DNA of 64,000 nucleotides from Heptranchias perlo. Its lineage: Eukaryota. Position 1 is the stretch's first letter. Each line of letters starts with the position of its first letter. Below, one piece after another: positions 49,889-63,130 of the stretch. The notes below the pieces were generated by a model. The model was not told the origin of the DNA. It saw only the letters and a list, made by a program, of their open reading frames with translations, and ran no database searches. A program made the translations under genes and the position numbers. The stretch spans positions 3,534,001-3,598,000 of the forward strand of contig NC_090366.1 of NCBI RefSeq assembly GCF_035084215.1, written 5' to 3'.

Positions 49889-52262
49889 CACTACAGACGG
49901 TTCATGATGTAAACACAATAAAAAAAACAACTATCTCAATCAGATCTAAGACTAATCACGGGTCTCGATTCCGCTCGCTGGGAATATATTCGATATCGAT
50001 GATAATCGAAACGGAGTATTGGAAGACCAGCTGTTGGGCACCAGCCAATTATTGGGAATCATGTGAACTCACGCAGCTTGAGAAACCGCTTCACTGTTAG
50101 TGACCATAACTGTTCGCACTCTCGAACAGTTCGAATATGAAAAGGGACATCTATGTGAGACCATTGTTACTGGATATAAGGTCAACATAGCGCCAAACTC
50201 TCGATCAGAGAATTACCCCTCCCCCTCATCAGCCACACATTTACTGGACAGGAAGTAACATTTAAGATTCAAATATCTAAAATAACCTGATACACAAACG
50301 TTAGCCTTTTATCTCCCAAATGTTTAGCTACTTGGCTGCCAATGCGCTATAAACGAGACGATGTGGTTAGTTCTGTTGCCGCTGTCTCCAGAAATATGGG
50401 TTTATCAGCTTCAGTGGTACGAGGCACAACATATATCTGAAATGTCAAAGGCACAAAAGATATATTTCGAAGTGAACTCAACTGTTTATTTTCACACTCT
50501 AGCGATGTAAAATCTGCTGAAATTAACTCATTTATAACCCGGTGGCGACAATGACCCGTCTGTGATTCAGAACGAGATCTGGGCCGTGTGTCTTGAGCTT
50601 TTAGATTCGAGTGTCAATGCTGGAGGAAACAATATGGATATTTTTATCTACATCAATTTGAGTTGATCAGTGTAAACAAATTCTGGATCCAATCAGGAAC
50701 TCAATCAAACCCCATCAACTTGGAGCATTCGGCGCCATTAGCGGTAGATTAAGAGACAGAATCAGTTCAAACTAATTCTGCCAGCAGGAGGTAAAAGGCC
50801 CGTGTTACTACTGCCGTGGAACTGAGGTCCAGCGTCAATTGTCATCTTATATTACTGATCACAGTGAAGTGACCGGATGAGCCTGGTACAGTTTGATCAA
50901 AACTCTTGTCAGTTTCTTTTTTAATTTCACTGACCGGTATGTGATGTGCTGGTTATGTCACTGGACTAATAATCCAGAGAACGTGAGTTCATAATCCCAC
51001 CAAGGCAGTTTGCGAATATGAATTCAGTTTTTAAAAATCTGGAAATAGAATGGTGCCTCTGAGTCAGAAGATTGTAGGTTCAATCCCACTCCAGTGGCTT
51101 GAGCACAAATTCTAGGCTGAGACTCCAGTGCTGCACTGAGGGGTGCTGCACTGTCAGAGGCGCTGCCTTTCAGGTTAGAAGTTAAACCGAGGGCCCATCA
51201 GCTCTTTCTTGTGGACGTAAAAGATCCCACTTCACTATTTCGAAGAAGAGCAGGGGGGATCTCGCTGGATTTCCGGCCAATATTTATCCCTCAATCAACA
51301 CCACTAAACAACACATTACCTGGTCACTATCACACTGCTGTTGTGGGACATTCCTGTGCGCAAATTGGCTCCCGCGTTTCCCACAACAGTGACTACACTT
51401 TAAAAAAGCCCTTCATTGGCTGTAAAGCGCTTTGGGTCGTGAAAGGCACTATATAAATGCAAGTCTTTCTTTAAAAACTCAATTGGTTCACTCATGTCAT
51501 TTAGCCAAGGGAACATGCTGCCCTTAACCAGTCTGCTCCTATATGTCTCTGCTGTCCCACATCAACGTGGTCGGCACTTAACTGCCCTCTGAAGTGGCCT
51601 AGCAAGCCATTCAATCGGATCAAACTCAGGACAGTTCGGGATGAGAAATAAATTGTGCAGTCGTTAGCGACCTGACCTTCTCGATGACATATTTTATTGA
51701 AATGCTGAGCCTGAATTCGGAGCAGAAAGGCTGACAGTAGAGATTCGCTAAACACCCAGATCCACCTTTTATAATTCATTCCCTTCTGCATGATGCCGGT
51801 GAAATCACAGCAAATAAACTGATGGAAGTTTACACTTGGGTAATCGCTTGTTACAATAGGCTGGGAGAGGGTGCAAACAAACTTAGCCCCGAATAGAGAC
51901 AGTGAACGCTGATCGACAGGGCTTTTTATAAATTAGCAAAGAGAGGTCTTAAATGAAAACAACGTTCGAATTAAGAAAGTAATTATTTTACTAGAGCAGA
52001 TGAACAAGTTTCAATTCGTATTGACGATTAAATCCCATTTCCCGCTCCTTTTCACAAATGTGCTTGGAAACCAAAGGCGTGTTTGGATTGTAAATCAAAT
52101 GCTCTCACAAATATATGAAAAATGTTAGCAATTAATGTCTGAAAGATATCCATTCTCACAGCACTTCCTGGAATGTGAAGTTCCTGTTCTAGCTCATAAA
52201 ACCAATTGTGTGAAGATGCTAATGAGCTCCCTCTCTCCGAATGGTGTAAATCCTGCTGCATT

Positions 52263-52430
52263 TCATTTAAATTTAATTGCGGCGTATTCACTGGACTCCG
52301 CATTCCGGAGATATTTTTCATGTTTGCGAACGTTTGATACTTTGACAGCTGCGTACAGCACATTTTCTCTTTCTGCTGATTGTTTGGCGGCAGCCCCTCT
52401 AACATCAGTGTTTGCATACTGGCCTTGGCT
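52263..52430 (-). CDS. Siglec-like gene B1 last exon (YxN, ITIM, ITIM-like)
   Basis: ttctgttacag|SQGQYANTDVRGAAAKQSAERENVLYAAVKVSNVRKHEKYLRNAESSEYAAIKFK*. Confidence 0.85.
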   Translation of the reverse strand, partial: SQGQYANTDVRGAAAKQSAERENVLYAAVKVSNVRKHEKYLRNAESSEYAAIKFK

Positions 52431-54711
52431 CTGTAACAGAAAGTAGATATTAGATATGGAACTACTGCCGGTTGGGAGTGCGCTGCCTGTACCAGAATAA
52501 CTCGCGTTATTCCATATCTGGTGCATTCCAATGTTCCTACTCAGTGAGTAAAGCATTTTAAGCTCAAACACAATAAGTAAGGTGTGTTTACATAACAACT
52601 CATTATAGCGTCTTGTAACCAACGGATTACATTTAAAGTACATGAGCTAGTTTGTCCACAATAAAAGCAAATGAGTAAAATGATCTGGCGGTCTATTTTC
52701 GTTGCGTTTCGACCAACTTTAACCAAGACATGTGGTGAAATCCGGACTCTTTTTCCAATAGTGCATTGAGATTTCTAACATCCAACTGAACTACTGGAAC
52801 AGGCAGCCGAGGCCCTGGATTAATCAATCATCTGAAAGATGGCACCTCCCTTAATGCAGCACTTGCTCGGTACTACATCCCAGTCACACTCTAGATGGAA
52901 GGCTCAAAATGTGACATAGAAAAATAGAAACATAGAAAATAGGAGCAGGAGTAGGCCATTCGGCCCTTCGATCCTGCTCCGCTATTCAATGGCTGATCCT
53001 TTATCTCAATAACATATTCCTGCTCTCTCCCCACACCCCTTAATGCCTTTCGTATCTAGAAATGTATGTAGCTTCTTCTTAAATATATTGAGTGACTTGG
53101 CCTCCACAGTCTTCTGTGGGAGATAATTCCACAGGCTTACTACGCTCTGAGTGAAGAAATTTCTCCTCAGCTCAGTCCAAATTGTCCTACCCCCTATACT
53201 GAGACTTTGACCCCTCGTGCTGGACACCCCAGCCAGGGGAAACATCCTCCCTCCATCCACGTTAGGTGAGGTAGAGTTTGACCCACCAACACTGCGAAAA
53301 AGACCGTGGGCGCTACCAACTCAGCCAAACCAACATTAATGCCCCGAATCTCACTCCGGCCGCCTGGCGGAAATCACGTAGGGCACTGGAAATGGAGCGG
53401 GCTACTTATCTGCGCCTTTCCCACCCAGATATGACCGCCTGCAATTTTAAATTGCAGGGGGCAAGGGTATCCATCGCAAGACGGCGAGGCCCACTTTAAA
53501 TATACAGATCTGTCTCCATATACGGCATTGGAGCCCAATGTGTCATTTTCGCCCGAAGCCTTAGCGGGGGAGACGTGTCGGGAGCTGAGTGGTGGCCAGA
53601 ACAGCCCCAGTGAGCTTTTATTTTTCATTTCGGTTTCCTTGTGGGCCGGGAGTGGCAGGAGTACTGCATCTGGCGCCAGAAGGCAAACTTATGGCTGCCT
53701 TGTCACGGGCTCCCCTCCCCCTGCCCAGATCGACTTCGCCCCCACTTCCCACCCTTACCTGACTGTTGGGGACTATTCCCGCGGTCGCAAGCAGCGTCCT
53801 GCTCAGAGCCCTTCACAACTCAATTTCATTCTTCTGCAAGGGGGCACTCTTTAAAACCCACCTCCTTTCCTGCCTAAAAATAAGGGCGCTCCCGCAGGCC
53901 AGGCAATAATTTATATCGGTGCTTGGATTTGGAAATGAGGCCCAGACCGTCAAATCTCTCTTGCTTTCGGAGGCGAGCTCGTTGCTCACCCAGCCCCCCC
54001 GCACGGACCGATCCCAACCCCAGAATAAAATCGGGGCGTAAAATCCAGGGAGGGAAATGCAGATAATCCCAGGGAACTGCAATGCCTTTTGCCGCTTCTT
54101 AGGCCCCTCACACACTGTGATCTTGGTGAGAATTTAAACCAACGGATATAAGAAAAAGTAGCAGGAGGAGGCCATTCGGCCCCTCGAGCCTGCTCCGCCA
54201 TTCAATAAGTTCATGGCTGATCTACGACCTCAACTCCACTTTCCTGCGCGACCCCCTATCCGTTGATTCCCTTAGAGTCCAAAAATCTATCCATCTCAGC
54301 CTTGAAATTACTCAACCACTGAGCATCCACAGCCCTCTGGGGTTGAGAATTCCAAAAATTCATTCCCCCCGCCCGCCCAGTGCCATAATATCATGAGGGA
54401 GGGGTGTGCAAGAATTTTTACCTCGTGTGACATGAGAAAACGATTTCCTTCGACTGACTTTGAATTCAACAAAGTCCCCAAAAGAGAAAAAAGTCCATGA
54501 CCGATTTATCAGGTCATGACCAGCGCATCAGTTCCTGTTAGTCGGCTGAGGTGGCCATTCCACCCTTTAAAAATTCCGTCAAGCAAGTTTGTAAAGCACC
54601 CGTTAAACCGTTGCATTGTGTGTTGAATGTCATTCCCACTGGTTACAAACAAAGCAAATATCAGGCAGGTAACTCCAGCAAATGCTGGACAATTTCCATA
54701 TCCTCACTTAC

Positions 54712-54799
54712 CTCAGTATTAAATGGGTGCTGCACCACAGCGTCAGTCACTGAATCGCTGTTTGTTGGTGGGACATTAACGGTGTCTCTTGTCTTCTTC
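54712..54799 (-). CDS. B1 first cytoplasmic exon
   Basis: ttttgaatcag|(R)KKTRDTVNVPPTNSDSVTDAVVQHPFNTE|gtaagt; 88 nt, phase 2 to 0, as in A1. Confidence 0.8.
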
Positions 54800-57700
54800 C
54801 TGATTCAAAACAATACCAATTATGCAAATCACATAACTGCTTATATTTAAGGTTAATAAATCTTCTGGTGCCCTATGTTGAACTATGTCATCAAGGATTT
54901 GTGAAAATAACGTTTCCTGATTAGCATAAATATGATTTCATTCCAGTTTCTGTTCTATCCTTACGCTTCCATATTTCTGAATGAGGATTTCTCTCTATCC
55001 CAATTGGTGCAGTCTGCACTTGGAGAAAAGATCAGCCTGCACAGTATATTATCACACTTCTAGATAGATTGCGAACAACTGTTCAAAAACCGGACACGGG
55101 AGTTCCACTCCTTAAGGTAACAGTTTATTTAAATAGCAAATAGAGGAGTTTAATCAAGTGTGTTCCCACTTTATTAATTAGCGGGGTAGTTTTATTCATT
55201 ATTAACACTGTGTTTCAATGGCAGACATGAGTTTCACAAATTAACACCTTATTAAGTAGCAGAGATGTGGTTAAAGAGGCAGGATTTGCAGACATTGGCT
55301 TAACATATTGCCTAAAGAGCAGTCGGAAGAGTTTCCTGCAATATCTTATCACATTTTTAAATTACAGACGGGACTTTTAAGTAGTGTGTTGACGCATTCG
55401 TTACTGATATTGCACAGCAGAATTCCAACACATTAGAGTTTTGAAATGAGGAAGAAATTAATCTTCTTCTGATTCAGTTTGAAAACCTGGGTTCTAATTT
55501 CTGATATTTCTTATATTTTTTTAAGTTACAGCTAGTTTGAGATTTTCTGAGATGTTTTATGGTAAATTGGAGGCAACAACCAGCTTCGCTCACACAAGAA
55601 TGTTGGAGCTCATTGAGATCCCGTTGTTGGCCAGCCTGTGGTTCTAATCAGGCATGGGTCTGAGGGAAAAGCCAGATATTTCATTTCAACCACAAACATT
55701 TTGTGTGATTTATTAACATATCTTTGAAGAAGCTGTTTTCTTTTGAATTGCCGAGTTATTTAAATTCAGATGCTCCCAGTTACTTTTTTGAAAGTATTAA
55801 ACAGTCTATCGTTAGTGAAACTAAATAGGTTCATCAGGAAAAGAGACAGAGAAAAATAACACATTTCTCCGATAATATATTCTCTACTACATTAGTAATA
55901 ACTACCATCATACTATTATTGGACAGATTAATATTTGTATATATCCCTCCATGGTTTCCCCCAACCCGGCCTCTGTAACAGCCTCCAGCTCTACAAGAAA
56001 CCCCGCGCTTCGAACTCTCCGATGTTCTGACTTTCGCCTCTTGTTTCCCTCATCCCTTCACCCACAATTGGCGGACGTGCCTTCAGCTAGTCAGCCCACA
56101 GAGTCTGGAATTACCTGCTCAGAGCCGTTCACAACTCCATCTCACTCTTCTCCAAGGGGGCCCTCCTTAAAACCCACCTCTTTGACCAAGATTTTAATCA
56201 CTGCTCATAATATCAGCTTCTTTGAATCCGTGTCCGGCAAGTTTTTCCTTGTACCTCTTTTAAACCCTTGGGACGGGTCAGTACAAGGTGCTGTAGAAAT
56301 TTAACTTGTTTTTTGGCACATAAGTCCAAAATCAAGAAGAATGAACTTGCAATTATAGATTGCCTTTAACTGAAGGTCTCTCTCCAAAGCACTTCACGGC
56401 CAAGTAATTAATTTTGCAAACTGTCGTTTCGTAGACAAACACGGCATCTATTTTGCGCAAAGCAAGATCCCACACGAGTCAAGTGAACAGTTAATCTATT
56501 TTCCTGGCTTGACTGGCTGGATATATTTTTGCCATGACACGGGGGAAGCTCCGTTCTCTTTCGCCAATATTATCAAGGGATATTTCACATCCGCGTGAGC
56601 ATGAAGACGATGCTTAGATTTAATGTCTGATGTGAAAGAAGGCACCTCCCACAATGCTGCACTCCACTACAGTGGTGTGTCCGGCTCGATGCGGTGCTCA
56701 TGATTTATTTGGAGGCTGGAACAACAAGCTTTAAACTTAGAAGCGAAGGAGAGGAAGCCAAGGTCTAGAGTAGGATTATTCTGGTCTGTTTTTTCGAGCT
56801 GGGAGAAGTGATAGACAACTCTTGGCTGAGTTTCAGGGTCAAAACTTTCAAGGGTTAATTATTTGAAGAAATAGCATCATAATAACACAGTATAGTACAG
56901 CACAGAAGGAGGCCATTCGGTCCCACGCGCCTGTTCCGGTTATTTGAAAGAGCTATCCAATTAGTCCCACTCCCCTGGTCTTTTCCCATAGATATGATTT
57001 GTTTCCCCTTCAAGTATTTATCCAAGTCCTTTTTGAAAGTTATTATTGAATCTGCTTCTACCGCTCCTTCATGAAGTGCATTCCAGATCATAACAACTCG
57101 TTGCTTAAAAAAATGTTTGCTCGTATCGCCTCTAGCTCTTTGCGAATCACCTTAAATCTGTGTCCTCTGGTTAACAGCCTTTCAGCTACTGGAAACAGTT
57201 TCTCCTTATTTATTCTATCAAAACCGTTCATGATTTTGAACGCCTCTATTAAATCTCCTCTTAAACATCTCTGCTGTAAGGAGAACAATCTCAGTACCAT
57301 TCAAGTAAATCTCCACTGCACCCTCTCCAAGACCTTGACATCCTTCCCAAAGTGAGATGCCCAGAATCGAACACAATACTCCAGCTGGGGCCTAACCAGT
57401 GTTTCATAAAGGTTTAGCATGACTTCCTTGCTTTTGCATTCTATGCCTCCATTGATAAAACACAGGATCCCAAATGCTTGCTAACGACCTTGTCGACTTT
57501 TCCTGTCACCTTCACACTCTGGATCCTCTGTTCCTGCACTCCATTCAAAATTGTACCATTTACTTTATATTGCCTCCCCTCATTCTTCCTACCAAAATGA
57601 ATCACTTCACACTTCTCTGAGTTAAATTTCATCTGTCATGTGTCTGCCCATTTTACAAGTCTGTCCATGTCCTCCTGATATTTGTTACTATCCTCCACAC

Positions 57701-57804
57701 TGTTCACTACAATAGTTACTCAGAGGCAGAAATCCTGATGCCATGGGCCCCTTTCAGATCTGTGATTAGCACAAGAGTTCATGTAAACTATGCACCACAC
57801 ATAC

Positions 57805-57889
57805 CTCAGTGCCATCACCGCGATCAGAAACAGGATGATCAAAGTGGCGGCTGCTGCAACTGGGATGACAATTTTCCAGGGAAAAGTTC
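57805..57889 (-). CDS. B1 transmembrane exon
   Basis: atatttcag|GTFPWKIVIPVAAAATLIILFLIAVMAL(R)|gtatgt; 85 nt; same peptide as A1 up to the split junction codon. Confidence 0.85.
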
Positions 57890-60024
57890 CTGAAATATTC
57901 AAAAAGACTTTGTTGTTCATTATTGATGTGAGATTACAACATGGTATTAGGATAGCTTTAATCCGCCCGAATTGACAAGTTTCCTGTATATTCATATCTT
58001 AAAAGAAAGAATCAAAGATTTTATATCCTTCCCTGAAACCACAGAACTCTGACACGACGATCAAAGGGAGGACTATTTCAAAATGGTCCCAAATCTAATC
58101 TCCCTAAAAATCGTCAATGTGCTTCATTAATATATTGGGAAATAATCGTAGAAAATGGACAGCGCAGCATTTGAACTGATTACTTTTGCCACGAACTAGC
58201 ATTGGATTTCACCCATCGTTTACATCTTGTTCTGTGCCCTGTCTAAATTTAAAATAAATATTATAGATTGAATTCCTCTCTGTTCGGTTCATATCAAATC
58301 ATGGAAAGAGAAACCTACACGGACAGTCCATCGAATGCATCTCTGCCTCGGTAAAACAGTCGGAATATTTGAATGCAACTGGAACACTTGGTAAAATGCA
58401 ACATCGGGTCACGAAGCAACAAACGAGCCCCCCTCACACGGTGCCTTATTTAAATTACCAGTATGACATCAACCTTGAAAGGATGTTATTGAGGACTGAA
58501 TAAAGCACAATAAAGAATTCAGTCACCAATCCCGAATGTGTGCAAATATTCATATCACATACATGGGTCGATTCGCTTCCGAGCCGTATTTCAATTCAGT
58601 CTCTCATCTTCAAAGATCCCAGGTATTCAGGTATTCAGACTCCATTTTCAGCATTACCCAAATTAACTGTCTTCTCAGAACATCTCCAAGACAACAATCC
58701 CAGAAGCAGTCTAAAATAGCTGGAAGAGGTGCTAAGTTCAACTGTATGAACAAGATAGAACTGAGAAAGTATGAATTGAATGATAGAATGCAGCCCGCTA
58801 CTGTTGTAGTGCGAGACAACCTGACTTCATAAAGCGTCTAATTAATTCAGAAGATTCTGTTTTATTAAAGATCGCATGGCACTTATACTGTTTTATATTA
58901 ATCCCTTCCGATCTTGAGCAAAACAAGGCAACTGTAAACAAATCCGGTAAATCAGTGACAAATCTGCAGCCAGACCTGGACAACATCCAGGCTTGGGCTC
59001 ATGACTGGCAACTAACATTCGCGCCAGACAAGTGCCAGGCAATGACCATCTCCAACAAGAGAGAGTCTAACCATCTCCCCTTGACATTCAACGGCATTAC
59101 AATCGTCGAATCCGCAACCATCAACATCCTGGGGGACACCATTGACCAGAAACTTAACTCAACCAGCCAAATAAATACTGTGGCTCGAAGAGCAGGTTAG
59201 CTGCTGGGTATTCTGCCGCGAATGACTCACCTCCTGACTCCCCAAAGCCTTTCCACCATCTACAAGGCACAAGTCAGGAGTGTGATGGAATACTCTCAAC
59301 TTGCCTGGATGAGTGCAGCTCCAACAACACTCAAGAAGCTCAACACCATCCAGGGCGAAGCAGCCAGCTTGATTGGGCCCCATCCACCACCCTAAACATT
59401 CACTCCCTCCACCACGGACGCACGGTGGCTGCAGTGTGTAAAATCCACAGGATACACTGCAGCAACTCGGCAAGACTTCTTCGACAGCACCTCACAAACC
59501 CGCGAATTCTACGACCTGAAAGGACAAGGGCACCAGACTCATGGGAACAACACCACCTGCACGTTCCCCTCCAAGTGACACATCATCCTGACTTGGAAAT
59601 ATATCGCTGTTCCTTCATCGTCGCCGGGTAAAAATCCTGGAACTCCCTTCCTAACAGCACTGTGAGAGAACCTTCACCACACAGACTGCAGCGGTTCAAG
59701 GAGGCGGTTCACCACCACCTTCTCAAGGGACAATTCGGGATGGGCAATAAATGCTGGCCCCGCCAGCGAGGCCCACATCCCATGACCGAATAAAAAAATA
59801 TTATTCCGTTCGCACCTTTCAGTCAGTTCGTGGTCAGTGGCGGACTATACCTACAGACGACTTAAATTATGCAGTGGATTCTGTCCTTAATTAGAGATGG
59901 ATTTGGTATTCAACTGCCAAATGGAGCTGATATTGGCTGACACTAACACCGCTCATATAGTGACGGGCCAGTGACGGAAAAATCCAGCTCCAGTAATTAA
60001 ATTCCACGAAATGTCAGGACTTAC

Positions 60025-60309
60025 CTGCTGAATGGAATTGATATTTGGCAACACTAATGCCGTGCGTGTTTGCTGCAACATATGAGATCTGGTTTCTCGT
60101 TCTAGTTGGGTGAGTCAGTGTCAGGGAGCTCTGCACCAGGTGACCATTCACTGCCCAGGAGATAACTTCATCTGAACTGTTCCTGGTGATGTTTCTTCCA
60201 TTGAGACCCCATGTGATGTTTGCCGGGGGGTTGGCTCTGACACTGCAGGTACAATCAATCCCACTCTCAGAAATGGTGCAGCTCGGACCTGAGACTACTG
60301 AAGGTTGAT
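60025..60309 (-). CDS. B1 membrane-proximal Ig exon (Siglec-5/-10/MAG-type CxxxxxxxxCxC pattern)
   Basis: QPSVVSGPSCTISESGIDCTCSVRANPPANITW..NSS..GHLVQSSLTL..ISYVAANTHG; 285 nt, phase 1-1. Confidence 0.85.
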
Positions 60310-61214
60310 CTAAAAAAGTAAAAGAAGAGTTCAACTTCAGCAAGTATTCTTCAAGCAGTTTGCAGTGTCTAAGTAGAACCGATTTGAACCTTTAGACTAA
60401 CCAGAGAGGTTACTGCACAGCCGTGTTTAATTGGAGCCATACAATAATTCTAGCAATCAATAACTCAGGTAAAAGTTCACATCGAACCAATAACCGGCAT
60501 TTGAATCATTTATCTTCATGCGGGAGATTACCCGGTTAGAATACTGTTAACAATACCCGGCTAACTCACCTCAACTGTCAGTTCTGGTAAAACTGTTTGT
60601 ATTTAATCTTATAAACTTCTACCTTTGTGATTGAATAACGTGTTCTTCCACTTCAGGGCCGCTGGGATCAGTCCCCCGCACATTAATTCCAGCGTTTCAC
60701 ATCTCACATATTCATTAATTTGGTTTCAACCAGTCTGAGATACATTTTACCTGGTTTTGAGCATTGGGGTCTCTGGTGTTTAACGATTTTTTTTACCCGC
60801 GAAATGTGGTCAAATTCTCGTTCTTTTACTGGCTTTTCTGTGACTATTACTGACATCGGCTATTGAGAGAATTGTGTGAACACGGGGGAAATAATACCCA
60901 CGCGTAGTCACTGTGGAACGGATCATTGATGTCCCTTTATATATTTAATAGGTTGCATAAAAATCTCTGTAGAGCTGTTTGCGGTGCCCAAGTTATCTCC
61001 AGCCATGCGCCAATGTTACATTTATGTTACGTTTGATCCTCAACGGAATCGGGTGTGAGGAAGATTAGCTTTCCAAATATCAGTGGGATAAATAGGAAAT
61101 GTTTAACACCACTCCCAGTCTAAGAGTTTTGAAGATGATTGTTTATAACAGCACGCTTAACTTCAGTAAAGAAACATAATAAAGAGAATGAAGGTAGTTT
61201 CACACCGCACTTAC

Positions 61215-61478
61215 ATTGTACAGAAATCTGTGTGGAGCTGTTTGCGTTGCCCACGATATTTTCAGCCACGCACCAATATTGTCCGTCATCTTTAGAACTA
61301 ATATTGTGAAATATCTGCCTCAGTTCACCGGTGGAAGACATGCTGATCTCCAAACCATCTCTCACCCATCTTAAACTGACCGGTAGTTTGCCCTGGGTCG
61401 TGCAGTACAGTAATACTGAACTTCCTTCCACTGCTACTATCGAGGAATTGACGGTTGGTTTCCGTGGGATAGCTGGTA
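61215..61478 (-). CDS. B1 third Ig exon (C2/I-set)
   Basis: PRKPTV..EGSSVLLYC..SLRWVRDG..DDGQYWCVAEN..ISVQ|gtaagt; acceptor at 61478 or 61472 (both phase 1). Confidence 0.85.
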
Positions 61479-61581
61479 CTGTTGAGGACATTGGCGGCCA
61501 ATGAGAATTCCAGTGCATTAAAGAGAAATAACTTTTTAAGTGACAACCAAAGAACAATATTAAGTAATATATGGTGACTAT

Positions 61582-62114
61582 CTCACCCTATTATAGAAAG
61601 GATATTATTAAACTAGAAAGAGTGCAGAAAAGATTTACTAGGATGCTACCGGGACTTGATGGTTTGACTTACAGGGAGAGGTTAGACAGACTGAGACTTT
61701 ATTCCCTGGAGAGTAGGAGGTTAAGGGGTGATCTTATAGAAGTCTATAAAATAATGAGGGGCATAGATAAGGTCGATAGTCAAAATCTTTTCCCAAAGGT
61801 AGGGGAGTCTATAACGAGGGGGCACAGATTTAAGGTGAGAGGGGAGAGATACAAAAGGATTCAGAGGGGCAATTTTTTCACACAAAGGGTGGTGAGTGTC
61901 TGGAACGAGCTGCCAGAGGCAGTAGTAGAGGCGGGTACAATTTTGTCTTTTAAAAAGCATTTGGACAGTTACATGGGGAAGATGGGTATCGAGGGATATG
62001 GGCCAAGTGCAGGCAATTGGGACTTGCTTAGTGGTATAAACTGGGCGACATGGACATGTTGGGCCGAAGGGCCTGTTTCCATGTTGTAACTTCTATGATT
62101 CTATGATTCTATGA
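61582..62114 (+). mobile_element. Young short CR1 3' insertion in a B1 intron
   Basis: Near-identical to 34903-35443; (ATTCTATG)n tail. Confidence 0.95.
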
Positions 62115-62384
62115 ACTCTAAATTGAGAAGCGAGCTCGTGTTTTTTGATGTCTTAGACCTTAAGCTCATTTCAAACATAAGCATCGTTTCCTCTCTTGTC
62201 ATTAAAGATTTGTCTGTTTGCCCGGGTAAGGTTCTAGTCCAGCGGTACGTCAACGAAGTGACCATTCCTCCCAGAACAAGAACTTGGTCGACTTTCCCTT
62301 CCCTCACGCAGGGATGTTGAGGCGAATTGTAGCATCTCGACCCCACCGCCCCAGCTAATTCAAAACAGACTCTCCTGGTCTGCA

Positions 62385-62550
62385 TGATGCATTTAAGGGG
62401 AAGCTAGAGAAACACAAGAGGGAAAAAAGAATAGAAGGTCACGTTGATGGGGTTGGATGTAGAGAAGTGGGAGAAGGCTCGTCTGTAGCATAAACAACAG
62501 CATGAACCAGTTGGGCCGAACGGCCTGTTTCTGTGCTGCACATTCTTTGC
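62385..62550 (+). mobile_element. Old CR1 3' tail fragment
   Basis: gatgcatttaaggggaagctagag..ccagttgggccgaacggcctgtttctgtgctg; same family as 4235-4600. Confidence 0.65.
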
Positions 62551-62818
62551 AATGTTATTCATTTACTCTGTGGCTAAAACGATATCTGACATTGGGATCC
62601 TTTGGAATAATATTGTACATAAACCACACCCGTGGAACGATCAATATTACTCCAATGGTTTGGGAAAAATGTTAAGTAAAGTGACTGACAAGAATTAGCT
62701 GATAGACAGTTCGATTAATTGATTATCCAGTCGAGCTCTCACTACACTGGGCAGAACAACAACTTTAGAACCTGTTTATCAACAAGTTAGTTGAAACAAG
62801 CATAGAGCGGGTATTTAC

Positions 62819-63130
62819 ATTTAACGGCCAGTGTAAGAGTTTCTTGAACAGTAGCTTCGACACCTTCAACGATAACTTTACATCCCAGCGTTTTCCCATG
62901 AATGTCCGATGATGGGACGAAGGTGAAAATGGATGAAACCCTCCGGTAACCATCGAAACCGTTGACATTTTGTTCGGAAGTTTTAGTCTCTGCCAGAAAT
63001 GGAAAGTAACCTTGATCATAAGTCCACTTCAGCTCAAGGTTGGCGGATGGGCAATTGTGGGTGATCGAGCAGGTCAGTTGCGCTGGTTGTCCAGCGATCA
63101 ATTCCACAGAGACTGATACACTTGGTTTTT
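62819..63130 (-). CDS. B1 second Ig exon (Siglec C2-set domain 2)
   Basis: ctcctcacag|KPSVSVSVELIAGQPAQLTCSITHNCP..LKW..SIFTFVPSSDIHGKTLGCKV..LAVK|gtaaat; 312 nt. Confidence 0.9.
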
